A DNA stretch of 64,000 nt from Felis catus. Its lineage: Eukaryota. The translations under genes were made by a program, and so were the position numbers. The stretch's first letter is position 1, and each line of letters opens with the position of its first letter. Below, one piece after another: positions 11,930 through 24,974 of the stretch. The stretch spans positions 222,396,001 through 222,460,000 of the forward strand of contig NC_058368.1 of assembly GCF_018350175.1 (NCBI RefSeq), written 5' to 3'. Below the pieces are notes generated by a model. That model saw only the letters and a program-made list of their open reading frames with translations. It searched no databases and had not been told where the DNA came from.

Positions 11930-12080
11930 ATTTTGCCATAGTGAGAGTAAAGTTACACGGAGGCTAACTTTACTCCGGTGACTTACTCCACTCATAACTT
12001 AGTCGGTAACAGAGCAAGAAATGCCATCTGGCTGTGTGTCTGAGAACAAGTCCAATGCCTTTTCCACTAGGCAACGCTGA
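11930..12080 (-). mobile_element. MIR relic
   Basis: ccattttgccatagtgagagtaaagttacacggagg...aagtccaatgcctttccactaggc resembles the MIR core. Confidence 0.5.
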
Positions 12081-12539
12081 CTTTTTTTTTTTTTTTTGAC
12101 AAGAATATTATAGATGATGCATATGCATTTTAATTCAGTTACTTTCTTAAATAGTTTTCTACTTTGGAAATAAAGAAGAAAGCTCCCACTATATTCTACA
12201 AGTTTTAATTTTTACATTTTAATAGACACAGATAAAAACAAAATTTTTGCATATATATATATATATATATATACATGTATATGCCCCAAATTATTTCATT
12301 GTCATCAATATCTCAAGTTCCTTTGCAATTTTAGATAAAGACTCAATTTGATGTTAAGTTTCCGAAATCTTTAAGAATGTGATATGCATCTGTCCCTTTC
12401 TATAATATTATATTAGTGTGAAGCATGAAATAACACTGTTTCTCAATGAAATGTACTCTGAAATGAATTTGTTGATATATAGTTGAATTTCTGTCAGTAA
12501 CAGTTCGATATTCTTATTCTTTTATTGGAAACTGGATGG

Positions 12540-12701
12540 CAGCATTTCTCAACATATATTCAGTGAAAAATTACTATATTGCTGGGTTCTAACTGGAGGT
12601 CCTAATTACATCAGTTTTTGATGAGACCAGAGAATTTGCATTTCAAACAAGTTGTCTGATATAAGCTATACTGCTAATGCAGGCTCTATGAGCTACTACT
12701 G
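12540..12701. mobile_element. MER5-like hAT/Charlie non-autonomous DNA transposon relic
   Basis: cagcatttctcaac...agaatttgcatttcaaacaagttg...ctactactg. Confidence 0.6.
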
Positions 12702-12792
12702 GAAAGGTAGCTATAAAATACATGATTGCTCCTCTAAATAATAAAAAAAATAGTTGTGGTAATTTTCCTTATTGAATTGTCTAAAGAATAAT

Positions 12793-13010
12793 ATATTTTA
12801 AAAAATTTTTTGATGTTTATTTATTTTTGAGAGAGAGAGAGAGTGTGAGTGAGGGAGGAACACAGAGAGAGGGTGACACAGAATCCAAAGCAGGCTCCAG
12901 GCTCTGAGCTGTCAGCACAGAGCCGCACATGGGGCTTGAACCCACAAACTGTGAAATCATGACCTGAGCCGAAGTCGGCTGCTTAACTAACTGAGCCACC
13001 CAGGAGCCCC
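12793..13010 (-). mobile_element. Can-SINE
   Basis: TSD taaagaataat 12782-12792 / 13011-13021. Confidence 0.93.
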
Positions 13011-13240
13011 TAAAGAATAATTTCTTATATTGATACATGTGATTTTAGGAAAATAGTAATTTGAATTGTCTAGATTTTATTATTAAATCAATTTTTTAGT
13101 AGATGAATCTATCACTAATGGTATAAATATAGATATGTAAATGTTATATTTATGTATACATAAGCATACATAAAGTCATATATATAAAAATCTATATATA
13201 TGACTGTGTATGTGCATCACTTTAAAAAGTATTATAAACT

Positions 13241-13459
13241 GGGGCACCTGGGTGGCTCAGTTGGATAGGCCTCCGACTTCGGCTCAGGTCATGACCTCAC
13301 AGTTCGTGGGTTCAAGCCCCGCATCAGGCTCTGAGCTTACAGAGCTGTGAGCTCAGAGCCTGGATCCTGCTTCTGATTCTGTGTATCCCTCTCTCTCTCT
13401 GCCCCTCTCCCACTCGTACTCTGTCTGTCTCTAAAAATAAGTAAACATTTGAAAAAAAA
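13241..13459 (+). mobile_element. Can-SINE
   Basis: ggggcacctgggtggctcag head, A tail. Confidence 0.92.
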
Positions 13460-13789
13460 TATATAGACACTTGCAAGGAATATTTTCTGATGCAATGATA
13501 AAAACTTAGATAAAAAATGTAAATTAAAGAAAAATACATTGGATATGACACAAAGTATCAGCTTGATTTTGAGTTCCTTGATATCAGTGGCACTGTCTCT
13601 ATTTTCTCCTAGAATATTTCTCAAGGGTACAATTCTTCCATCGTTACTTCAAAAGGTTATATTTGCTCCTATGGTACCAGCATCTTCTATTTTCCTTTGG
13701 AACCTAATTATCCCTCACTATCTACAGACATGTTGGGGGCAATTAGTTAAATTTATATACTCCCCAGACCAGGTGAGAGAAAAAAAGAA

Positions 13790-14690
13790 CTTTTTGTTTT
13801 TCTTAGTTCACTTTCTGTTTTTAGAACACGATTGCGTCCCTGAAAAAATGAGGGGAAGGTACATTTTTTCTTGTAGATTTCTTGTAGATTTCCCTCTACC
13901 CACAAATATAGAGCCTTCTTCATTATCAACAGCCCCTACTAGTGATGCGTTTGTTACATTTGATGAACCTATATTTACATATCGTAATCACCCAAATGCA
14001 TAGTTTACACTATAGTTCACTCTTTCTGTTGTATATTCTATGGAATTGGACAAAGGTATGTATAATGGTATGCGTCCCCAATTATGGTATCATGCAGAAT
14101 ATTTTCACTGCCCTAAAAATCCCCTATTCTATGCCCATATATCCTTTCCACCACTGAGCCCTTGGCGACCATGATCTTTTTATTGTAGCATAGTTTTGCC
14201 TTGTCCACAATGTCATGTATGGTTGGAATCATACAATATGTAGCCGTTTAGGACTGATTTCCTAATAAGTAATATTAATTTAAGTTTCCTCTATGTCTTT
14301 TTATAGCCAGAGAGCTCATTTCTTAGTGCTGAAAAATATCTCATTTCCTGAACATACCACAGTTTATTTATCCAGTCACCTACTAAAGAATATCTTGGTT
14401 GTTCTAAGTTTAGGCAATTATAAATACAACTACTTTAAACATCCATTTATAGGTTCTTGGGTATACGAAGGTTTTCAACTGCTTTGGGTAAAGTACCTAG
14501 GAGAGTGATTGATGGATTATAGGGTAAGAGTATGTTTAGTTTTGTAAGAAATCTCCCAAAGGTCTTTAGGAATGTCTGTACCATTTTGCATTTCACCAGC
14601 AATGAATTGTTTGTTTCGCTCCACACTCTTGCCAGCATTTTTTGTTGTTTGTGTTCCACATTTGGGCCCTTTTAATAGGTGTGTGTTGGT
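13790..14690 (-). mobile_element. Old L1 (L1MC-like) 3' region
   Basis: Antisense ORF2-end and 3'UTR motifs (ccattttgcatttcaccagcaatgaa; gttggaatcatacaatatgtagcc). Confidence 0.75.
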
Positions 14691-15180
14691 AAAAATGTAT
14701 TGTTGTTTGTAGAACCATCACCATAATCTATCTCCAGAACTTTTCCATCATTCCAAAGTGAAACTTTGTACCCATTCAAGAATAATTCTTTAATCCTCTC
14801 TCCTCTAATCCTCTCTTTCCCAATCCTTGACAGCCATAATTCTTTCTTTCTCTATACATTTAACTATCAGATATTGCATAGAAATGGAATCATACAATAT
14901 TTGTACTTTTGCATCTATCATTTCACTTAACAGAATGTCTTAAAGGCTCATCCACATTGTATCATGTATCAGAATTTGATTCCCTTTTAAGGCTGAATTA
15001 TACTCCATTGTATGCATATACTATCTTTGTTTATCCATTTATCCACTACTGGACATTTGGGATGTTTCCACCTTTTTGGCTATTGTAAATGATGCTGCTA
15101 CAAACATTGGTGAACAATCATCTGTTTGAGTTCTTATTTTCAAATTTTTTTTGGTGTATATCTAGAACTGGGATTTACCT
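14691..15180 (-). mobile_element. Old L1 (L1MB-like) 3'UTR
   Basis: aaccatcaccataatctatctccagaacttttcc; ggctattgtaaatgatgctgctacaaacattgg. Confidence 0.75.
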
Positions 15181-16255
15181 TCTAAATTTTCTAATTCTAA
15201 TATTTTCTCTTCAAGTCACAAAATTCTGAAATAAATGTCAGAACAAATTAATCTTGAAGTATCTTTTCATTTTTGTTTCCTTTGGCTGATTTAGAAATAT
15301 TAAATAATAAATTTGAAGCTATTTAGACACTAGGTACAGAGAACTGTCAAAGAAATTACAGTAGAGCTCTATGATATTTTATTTTTCCTCCTCAGGCTGC
15401 ATAAGAAATTTAATTGAGGTGATTTAAGTATGGAAGGTGTTTTTTTTTAAGGCATTGGTGTTAACATATTTTCTTTATAAAAAAATCATGACATTTAATG
15501 AATGTTAATGTACTATGTTTGTCCATGTAGAATAAAGACAATGCCAATGACTCTAAAACATTGTCTACATATGACATTTCAACTTGTCTTTTTTTCATGC
15601 AATGTATCTATTGCACATAAAATACTATATTGGCTATTGTTCAGTAAATAAAATGGTTCAATTATAGCCAAACTTTTGAGAAATTTTAAGAAGAGCAGAC
15701 TCTCAATAAAAGTTTCCTTTTCAAGTTATTTTTATTAAATTTCTTTTATGTTCTTTGTTCTATTGCAGAGAGTCAAACGTCAGTTTTCTTTTGTTTTTAA
15801 TACATAAAGAATATGCAAGATTTCTACATCTGTTAATGGTGGATGAGGTCATACAGTCCAATTTTTGTACTAAAGACAATTAAGAAAACTGGACAATATA
15901 GATATTTTAAAAATCTGCTTGTGGACATCAGAGAACTAACAAAATCACCAAGAATTTCTTGGCTATCTTCCCAGGGAAGAAGGCAAAACATATTCTGAGA
16001 TCTGAATTTGAAAACATTTTTCTCTAGTGTACCTTTGCCTTTTATGAAAGAGACAACAGATAACTTGAGATGATGTACTTTTGAGAGGCCCATATGGATA
16101 TGAGAACAGAATTTGGAGACCGGATTTGCCCATGCTGAGGAGTTCTGTTAACCTTTATTTTGTGACACTGAAAAAGCCAGTCACACATTTTCTGGCACTT
16201 AATCAAATACTAACTTTGAATAATTTTAACCCTTGAAATTAAAAAGCAATGTCGA

Positions 16256-16467
16256 GGGGCACCTGGGTGGTGCAGTTGGTTAAACATCAGACTCTTGATC
16301 TCAGTTCAGGTCATAATCTCTCAGTTTATGAGTTCAAGCTCCACATCAGTCTCTGAGTGCTGATGGCGTGGAGCCTGCTTGGGATTGTTTCTCTTTCTCT
16401 CTGCCCCTCCCCTGCTTGTGTGCTCTTTCTCTCTTTTATTAAAAAAAATAAAAAATAAAAAATAAAA
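16256..16467 (+). mobile_element. Can-SINE (older)
   Basis: ggggcacctgggtgg head, AATAAA-type tail. Confidence 0.9.
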
Positions 16468-16762
16468 TTACAGTGTTGGTATACTAATGGCCTGAGATGT
16501 CTGGACAAACACATTAAATCAGAGGGAATACATCCACTTATTCATATTCAATATTTGAAAACATGTTTTAAATGTAATTTGTGCACGTGATCAAAGCCTA
16601 TCACGTGCGCAAAGCTTAACCAGGCCTATGAAGAGAAAAGACAATATAAGTAACAACCAGTAAGGGCAATAGACACTAGAAAGAGACCTAAGGGGGTTTC
16701 AGACACCGTAGTCATTAAGGAGATAAAATATGAGATAAAGATTTTGTAGATGACTAAAATAT

Positions 16763-16982
16763 TTTTTTATAATTTTTTAACGTTTATTTATTATTGAAAG
16801 ACAGAGAGAGTCAGAGTGTGAGCAGGGGAGAAGTAGCGGGAGAGAGAGATACAGAATCCGAAGCAGGCCCCAGGTTCTGAGCTGTCAGCACAGAGCTCGA
16901 TGCGGGGCTCAAACCCACAAACCACGAGATCATGACCTGAGCCAAAGTCGCACGCTTAACCGAGAGCTATCCAGATGCCCCA
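16763..16982 (-). mobile_element. Can-SINE
   Basis: TSD agatgactaaaatat 16748-16762 / 16984-16998. Confidence 0.93.
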
Positions 16983-17721
16983 CAGATGACTAAAATATAT
17001 ATATATATATAAAAATAGGAATATCTCAAAATAAGCATTCTTTTAACAATAAGATAAAAACTCTTATTTGAAATAAAGATGCTATAGAAACAAAAACTGA
17101 GTGTAAAGTTGAGGGCATACCAGCACCAGTGGGAATACTAAAGTTGGAGGAATATAACAAAATAAAGAAGATCATTGAGACAGTGTAAGGGAAAAAAAGA
17201 AACACAGAAGCAAATTAACACCAATTGAACTGATAACCATGCCATTAAATTTAAGTTAATTATGACTGTGTAGTATTCTGTGGAAATTAAATAAAGTATT
17301 TGGTATTGAAATAAAAAATGACAATGCCATATAATTTAATAGCATGGACTAGACATAAATTTTTATGGCCCTTGCATTATCCTGGGAAAAAGTGAACGCA
17401 CCAACTGGCATTGCGTTTGATAAACTAGAAACACATTTTTAATCATAAGAAGAAGAAAATAATTCTAAAATGGTAAGTTTTGAGCCAATGAAGAGGACAT
17501 GATAAAACAGGAATTACTCATCACTTGTAGCTGGCATAAACTATAGAAACAAGAGACACGTTTGCTTTATTGATTTATATATATATTCTTGTGCATTACA
17601 GAATTTAAAATATATAAACATTTAGAATTATCACTACCTTTTCCAGAACAAACTAATCAGATGACCATCCAAAACAAAAACCTTTTTAATCCAATTTTAA
17701 CCTGCTTTAGGAAAAACAAAG

Positions 17722-17792
17722 TTACTAGCTAACACTTTACTAGCTAACACTTTAGCTAGTCTTTACTAGCTAACACTTTACTAGCTAACACT
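17722..17792. repeat. Four copies of 15-mer TTACTAGCTAACACT with a central inverted fragment
   Basis: Units at 17722, 17737, 17763, 17778; insert at 17752-17762. Confidence 0.9.
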
Positions 17793-18559
17793 TAGCCCAA
17801 ATTGGTGATTATATTTTTTTCACACATATATTCATATAGGTTTTGTAACACCTAATAGATATACATATTCCATATAATATAAAGTTTATGTGATGTTATA
17901 TATCATATACATATGTAATCAACATTGATTGTATCTATAAAATATCTACATTAATATTCTCTCTGTTGAGAAAAGCTAGCTTGCCAAAATAAAAGAAATC
18001 AAGTCAAATTTCTGTTTCTATTAATTTTGCTGGAAAGTGGAATAAAAAATATCAAGGAATCCATACGTTGTTTGATATAATAAAACTCAAAACTGCTTTA
18101 TTTATTTGCACAACATAAATGTTGACTTCATCAAATGTTATGAAGAAGAGTTGAACCTGAATCACTAGAGCAGTGAAGCAATTGCCAAAAATAATTTCTG
18201 GGCATCCTGGAGAATTTTCCCTTCTAGGATACCTTATCCTAAAACGGAGCTAGTGCCATTTTAGCTAGCATTTGAGACCGACCTTTTGTATCTTTGCTCT
18301 ATGTATTTGGTTGCATATTTTGTTTAATTCCCATGTCAAAATTCAGCACTCCATATATTCAAATATCATGTGTACCAAGAAGTTGAGAGAAACAACAGGA
18401 CCCTACCATCACGTCTCATTCTAAGCTTAATGGCTCCACTTCTTTGACTAAATAGTCCAATTTTCAAAGGTATAATTTAACAAAGCAAACTAGGAGTTAT
18501 AGTTATAGTATAAAATCCTCAAGTTTTGGACAATCACAGTCTAGATTACACTTCCATTT

Positions 18560-18892
18560 CTTTGCGGACATTGCTTTGGACAAGGTCAACGGTGTCCTAC
18601 ATGCTGCTTAATTCAACGATGCTTTTGAGTTCTTATATTGCTTGAGTTTTCAACACCAATTGAGAATACTGACAACTTCTTCTACCTCCAAACATTTCTC
18701 TTTCCCATGTCTCTGACAACCTAAATATCATTTTTTTCTCTCTAGATAGCAAAAATATTTCTCTCTGGGTAAATGCTTTCTCTAATTCCAATGCTTAGGA
18801 CAGTGTCCAGAAACACAATGCTCTAAATACACACATACAAACTTACCATAGTTTCTGAATGAATGAATGAATGAATGAATGAATGAATGAAT
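18560..18892 (+). mobile_element. L2 relic ending in (GAAT)n
   Basis: L2-like text; (GAAT)n at 18857-18892 is the typical L2 tail. Confidence 0.55.
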
Positions 18893-19052
18893 TTGAGTAA
18901 CTCTTTGACACCTACTTTTGCATAGATGGCAAATATTTTCAATGCAAGTCCAAAAATATACAGTAACCATCCTTTGTAAACTATGACTTGCCTTTTCCAG
19001 ACAATATGAATGCCACAGTATATTCAAATTCTTAATAAAAAATATGAGTCAT

Positions 19053-19273
19053 GGGGCGCCTGGGTGGCGCAGTCGGTTAAGCGTCCGACTTCAGCCAGGT
19101 CACGATCTCGCGGTCCGTGAGTTGGAGCCCCGCGTCGGGCTCTGGGCTGATGGCTCAGAGCCTGGAGCCTGTTTCTGATTCTGTGTCTCCCTCTCTCTCT
19201 GCCCCTCCCCCATTCATGCTCTGTCTCTCTCTGTCCCAAAAATAAATAAACGTTGAAAAAAAATTTAAAAAAA
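19053..19273 (+). mobile_element. Young SINEC_Fc-type Can-SINE
   Basis: ggggcgcctgggtggcgcagtcggttaagcgtccgac head; atatgagtcat on both flanks. Confidence 0.96.
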
Positions 19274-19886
19274 TATATGAGTCATATCTTATTCCCTTTT
19301 GCCCATCATGCCTCCACACTTAACCCACATGAAATATTGTATATTCAACTTAATGTACATTATTTTTCAATATTTATTTTAGGAAATTTATTTTTTCTAT
19401 TATAGTAAGACATTTAACATGTGATCTACCCTTTTAGCAAAATTTTAATTGTATAATACAGTATTGTTAACTATAGCACTATTGTATAGTAGATCTCAAG
19501 ACTTATTCATTTTGCACAACTGAGACTTTATAGTCATTGAATAGCAACTTCTCATTTCTCCTCCCCTCAAGCCTTGACAACCACTGTTCCACTCTCTGTA
19601 GTTTGACTATTTTAAATACCTTATGTAAGTGGAGTCATATTTATCCTTATGTGACTGGCTTATTTTGCTTAGCATAAATTCGTCCAGGGTCATTCATGTT
19701 GATAAAGCTGCAGATTTATCCATATTGCAGGATTTCCTTCTTTTTTATGGCTCAGTACTATTTCAATGTATGTATCTACTGCATTTTCCTTATTCATTCA
19801 TCAGTCAGTGGATACTTGGGTTGTTTCCATATCTTGGATATTGTGAATAATGCAGATATACATGGGCATGCGAATAACTCAAGATT

Positions 19887-20109
19887 TTTTTTAAATTTTT
19901 TAAAATGTTTTTATTTATTTTTGAGACAGAGAGAGACAGAGCATGAGCAGGGGAGGGGCAGAGAGAGGGGGGAGACATAGATTCTGAAGCAGGCTCCAGG
20001 CTCTGAGCTGTCAGCACAGAGCCCGTCACGGGACTCGAATTCACAGAGTGTGAGATCATGACCTGAGCTGCAGTCGGACGCTTAACTGACTGAGCCACCC
20101 AGGCGCCCC
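19887..20109 (-). mobile_element. Can-SINE
   Basis: TSD actc(a/c)agatt 19877-19886 / 20110-20119. Confidence 0.93.
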
Positions 20110-20454
20110 ACTCCAGATTCTTGTTTCAGTTATTTTGGATACTCAGAAGTGGGATTGCTTGATCATATTGTATTACTATTTTTAATTTTTTGTGAAAACT
20201 TCATACTGTTTTCTATAGTGGCTGCGCTATTTCACATTCTATCAACAATGTACAGGATTCCAATGTTTCCTTATTCTCTCCAACACTTTATTTTTTAGTA
20301 ATGATCATCTTAACATATTTAAGGTGATATTTCATTGTGGTTTCAATTTGTATCCACTGATAATTAGTAATGTAGAGCATCTTTTAATCTGGCAATTTCG
20401 TTGTTTTCTTGGAAAAACATCTAATCCTTTGCTCATTTTTTAAATCAGGTTATT

Positions 20455-20495
20455 ATATCTCTATCTCTATATCTATCTAATGTCTATCATCTATC

Positions 20496-20533
<38 letters not shown>

Positions 20534-20622
20534 GTATCTATCATCATCTATCTCATCTATCTATCTATCTATCTATCTATCATCTATCTCATCTATCTAT
20601 GTATCTATCTATCTCATCTATG
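20455..20622. repeat. Compound (TCTA)n microsatellite
   Basis: Direct reading. Confidence 0.95.
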
Positions 20623-23145
20623 TCTCCATGGATGCTACTGAGTTGTCTTGAATATTAACTCGTTAATCAAATATATACTGTGGAAAAATATTGTCCTGTT
20701 TTGTAGGTTGTCTTTTGACTGTTCACTTTTCTCTTTTTTGTGCAGAAGCTTTTTTGTTTGACACAGTTCTAGTTTTTTTTTTTCTTTGCTTGCTTGACAT
20801 TACTTAACATTTTTAACATATATATGCTTTGTTTGTTTTACCTATAAACTGTATTTGCCAAATCTATGTTGTTGAGAGTGAAAACAATCTGGTTCTTTTT
20901 CATTTTAGAGGGAAAAGTTCAGTTTAGAAAATTTTAGTTTCAAGTAAAATCTAAAGAAAAATGGAGATATGAAGAATAGTGCTTATAGTATGCTCTTTTT
21001 TTCTGTAAGTAACCATCTATGTCTTACTGACTTACGATATGTACACAGGCACACCACTTTTTTTTAATAGGACATGGTAGGTTGACTTAGTAATTCATTC
21101 AACAGTACTCATCATGCCTCAGATACTCTTGTCAAACAGCAGACTCTACACTGAACTGGAAGAGAGGTGGTTTCTGTCATCAGACTACTTATTTTCTAGA
21201 CTTGTTGAACAATAAGATACATAATGGATGCTGCCGTTCAATTTTCACCCCACACTCCCATTGGATAACCTTAGCTGTCATGCTATTCTTAGAACAGACT
21301 TGACATCACGTAGTGCAATAGTGACAGCTCAGATATGGTTCCAATTCACAGTTTCATTATGTGATATGGAACTATCATTGTTGCCACAGGACGTTGTGTG
21401 GAACACCAGAAGTCATTTTGTAAAGGACTCAATTATCTCTGCATGATGTGGTCCCAAATAATTAACATGCCCTCTAACCAAAAATTTTTGATCCTTTGCC
21501 ATGAAAAAATGAGATGCTCTTGGCAGGGTACTCTGCCTGTAATGCACTTTACATATATTTTTTAGTTTATGGCTAATTTCCACATTGTCAGGCAAGACAT
21601 CTAGCCAATACTTTCAAGTGAAAAATTCCCTAATCAGCTTCATGTAATGAAGCCAACGTTTTCACAACTTTTCTGGAATAACAATGTGTTTGCTCCACAA
21701 AAACAACCCCTTTTAGGAAAACTTTGACTACTGATGATATGTAAATAACTTAAATACATCAGACAGTTTTCCTCTTGATCATAGTCCTAAACATCCAGCT
21801 TGAGACCAAGTGTTCATCTCGATTATCTTCATTTAGTCATGGAAGTTAATAATTTTGAAAAATGGATTGGATTGTTTTTGAATCGATATTTTCAGTGTGT
21901 TAGCACCAATATGTAATTAATTTGTTTTGATCTTTTGATAAAAAGCTAACAACGTCACAAATCATAAGAGGATGTATTGACCCTTTAACATTACTGGAGG
22001 TTGGTTACATTGTTGTTTAAACTACCGAATAATGAGATGCTACAATCAAAACTATGTCATTCTTTTGACCCATTCCTCAGAAGAAACTGGCTTCCTTCAC
22101 TTTAGTATATGTAATTGTTAAGAACAGGCAGAATATAAAGTTGACCATCTTTAAAGCTTTGCCCTAGGAAATATTTTTCAACAGATGATAAATATTCTAT
22201 AGCAGATTCCTCATGACTAGCACTAAATTATAAGTATGCTTTATATTAAGCACTATAAAAGTAGAATGGGATTATTACTGTCTCCAACTAATCACTATTC
22301 ATCACTTGGGACTCTGGTAGGTCAATATCTTCTATGAGATCTAGGTATTTCTTGCCTTTTTTTGCATAAAATGGAATACCATTGCCTGGTTTAAAAAAAA
22401 AAAAGGAAGGCAAGTGAGGATAATAGATATTGAACAGTATTTTCCACAAAATATAGGATTGATAGGACTGGCTAAAGCTAAAGCTTTGGTCTTTGTTCCT
22501 CCAAGTTAAAAAAAAGTAACAGTGATTATAACCTCCAGGACTACGTAGGATGTGATATAATTAAAAGTATACCTTTTTTGTATAAACAGATTTTGGTGCT
22601 TGTATAAATGTTAAAGGTAAAACATTAAGATAGTTGTGGAAATTTCTAATTCTTAAGATTAATGAATAATATCATTTCCCAGTTTGGCAGACTTTTGGTT
22701 ACAGATTATATAGTTTCAAAGTATTAAACAGTAGGCTTTTACATTTATGCCTCAGCACAGCTATAAGAACAAGGTATTATTTTTAAGGTGCAGTGTTGTG
22801 TATTTATTTGGATCTACTTACAATTTTTGGAGTTTTGGCTTTGGAGTCACAGGGAGCAGAGCTAGAATACAGATTAAAGCAAAATTGGTCACCACCATAA
22901 ATGCACTTTTTCAATTGCATATGGTAATAAATTATCTTATTGCTTGTCATTTTGAATTTTTCTTTCTATTAAATATGCTTAAAAACACCTTAACTGATTG
23001 GCTATCTGGAGAATTCTATGCACTGTAGTCTATGATCATTATCCCAAGTCCAGTCTTAGATATTTTTGCTTTTTGTATAATATATACATGCTACTGCATG
23101 GCTCATAGTTTGCCTCAAAAAAACAATATGTCCAAAGCTATTTTT

Positions 23146-23339
23146 TTTATTTTTTTATTTTTTTATTTATTTTTGAGAGCAAGAGAGAGCACAAGCGGGG
23201 AAGGGACACAGAGAGAGAGGGAGACGCAGAATCTAAAACAGGCTCCAGGCTCTGAGCTGCAAACCTCTGACTCACAGACCGAGAGATCACGACCTGAGCC
23301 GAAGTCGGACACTTAAGAGACTGAGCCACCCAGGCGCCC
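23146..23339 (-). mobile_element. Can-SINE with altered/deleted middle segment
   Basis: TSD tgtccaaagctattttt 23129-23145 / 23341-23357. Confidence 0.92.
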
Positions 23340-23654
23340 TTGTCCAAAGCTATTTTTAACTCCCACAGTCTGCTCCTTCTTCTTATCCTCATGATAGCAC
23401 ATGCCTCGTGAATCCACTTAGGAAATAAAGCCAGGAATCTGCAAGTCATTTTCGATACTTTTTGGGTTTTATTCCCTATACTCTGTGGCATTCTAGTAAA
23501 TGTTTAGCAACTAGTTCTTCAGATAAAATAACGTTTTGACTTGAATCTTTTTAAGATTTGCATGATATAAATACTCCCACAGTGGCTGATTTTAATCTAA
23601 CATTGTCAATTTTCTCTTCCGCCAGCTGTAACCAAAACGCTTGAAGACAGTGTA

Positions 23655-23850
23655 GGGATTCTCCAACGGTGGTCTTTGGATCAACAATATCAGAATCTTC
23701 TGTGAACTCATTATGAATGCAAATTTTTCATCCCTGGCCCAATTTACTGAAAGCAAAAACAAAAACAAATGCAAAAACAAAAACAAAAACAAAACCTCTC
23801 TGCTGGTATCTGGTAACCTGTGCTTTAAGAAGCTCTTCTGGTGATTTTTC
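23655..23850. mobile_element. MER5-like DNA transposon relic containing (CAAAAA)n
   Basis: gtggtctttggatcaacaatatcagaatc...aatgcaaatttt...tttaagaagctcttctggtgatt. Confidence 0.6.
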
Positions 23851-23886
23851 TTTGTGATCTCATTGAAAGTTTTATTGTTACATTAG

Positions 23887-23924
23887 TGTATCAGTAGGAA
23901 TTTTTGAGAGAAACATAACCAGTA

Positions 23925-24022
<98 letters not shown>

Positions 24023-24350
24023 AATGAAATGGTTCACATGATTGAGGAAGTGGCAAATCCTAAACATGTAGCAAAGGGCAGTAGGCTGGACACTCAGGAA
24101 GGATTGTGATGCAGTCTTGAACCTTAATTTCTTCTTTTCTGGGAAACCTCTGCTGTTCTTTATAAGACTTCAACCAACTGAATGAAGGCCGCCCACGTAT
24201 GAAGAGTACTCATTTACTTATAGTCAACTGATTGGAGATGTTGATCATATCTACAAAATGCCTTCCTGGCAACATGTAGGCTTGTTTGCGAATAAATAAC
24301 TAGGTCCTGTAGCCTAGCCAAGTTGGCACCTAAGGTTCACCATCCCAACG
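23887..24350 (-). mobile_element. MLT2-type (ERVL) LTR containing (TG)n(GA)n
   Basis: gagagaaacataaccagtaagg; gcctagccaagttggcacctaaggttcaccatc. Confidence 0.75.
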
Positions 24351-24412
24351 AGCTAGCATTATCTTAACTAATAGAATCATTTTATTCTTGTACTCCTCAC
24401 AAGATTTTGTGT

Positions 24413-24597
24413 AAATATAAATATAAATACAAATATAAATAATATAAATATAAATATATGGCAGCATATATATGTATATATACATATATGTGTATATATG
24501 TACATATATGTGTGTATATATACATATACATGTACATGTACATATACATATACATATACATGTACATGTACATATACATATACGTATATGTATATGC
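24413..24597. repeat. Complex TA-rich simple repeat (TATAAA, TACATA, TACATG units)
   Basis: Direct reading. Confidence 0.9.
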
Positions 24598-24974
24598 AAT
24601 TCAGTTCCTAGAATGCGTTGAGTTCTTTTCTGCATTAAGACTTTATATATGGTTCACTTACAATACTTTCCTTCTTAATTCTTTACCTAATTCCCATTCA
24701 ACTCTTATTTCTTCTTAAGTGTTATTTGCTCAGAGCATTTTCCTAACTCTCCATTTAATTAGACACTTCATTTTATTTTTATTAAGAATACTTTAATTAT
24801 GTAGTTATATATATGTTTATGTATTTAATGTTTAATTTTACAACTACTCTGGAGGCTGAATGAGAGCAGGAAACACTTCTCTTTATATGGCTTACATTTA
24901 TTATCACATTTAGCTGTTGTACTTAATGGGAAGATATCATCCTTTTTATTCTGAGTGAGGGGACTAGCTTTTCT

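Larger units (their letters stand above)
19375..20790 (-). mobile_element. Old L1 (L1MA/MB-like) 3' portion, interrupted by a SINE and (TCTA)n
   Basis: catttaacatgtgatctacccttttagc; gtgggattgcttgatcatattg; gtgcagaagctttttt. Confidence 0.78.

Noticed and set aside
13539..14003. 154-aa ORF
   Set aside because: Non-ATG start, runs into an antisense L1 3'UTR, no protein-like motif.
17722..17792. CRISPR-like repeat array
   Set aside because: Units abut without unique spacers, and the context is mammalian.
24330..24718. Low-complexity ORFs (MYMY, ICTC)
   Set aside because: Translations of simple repeats.
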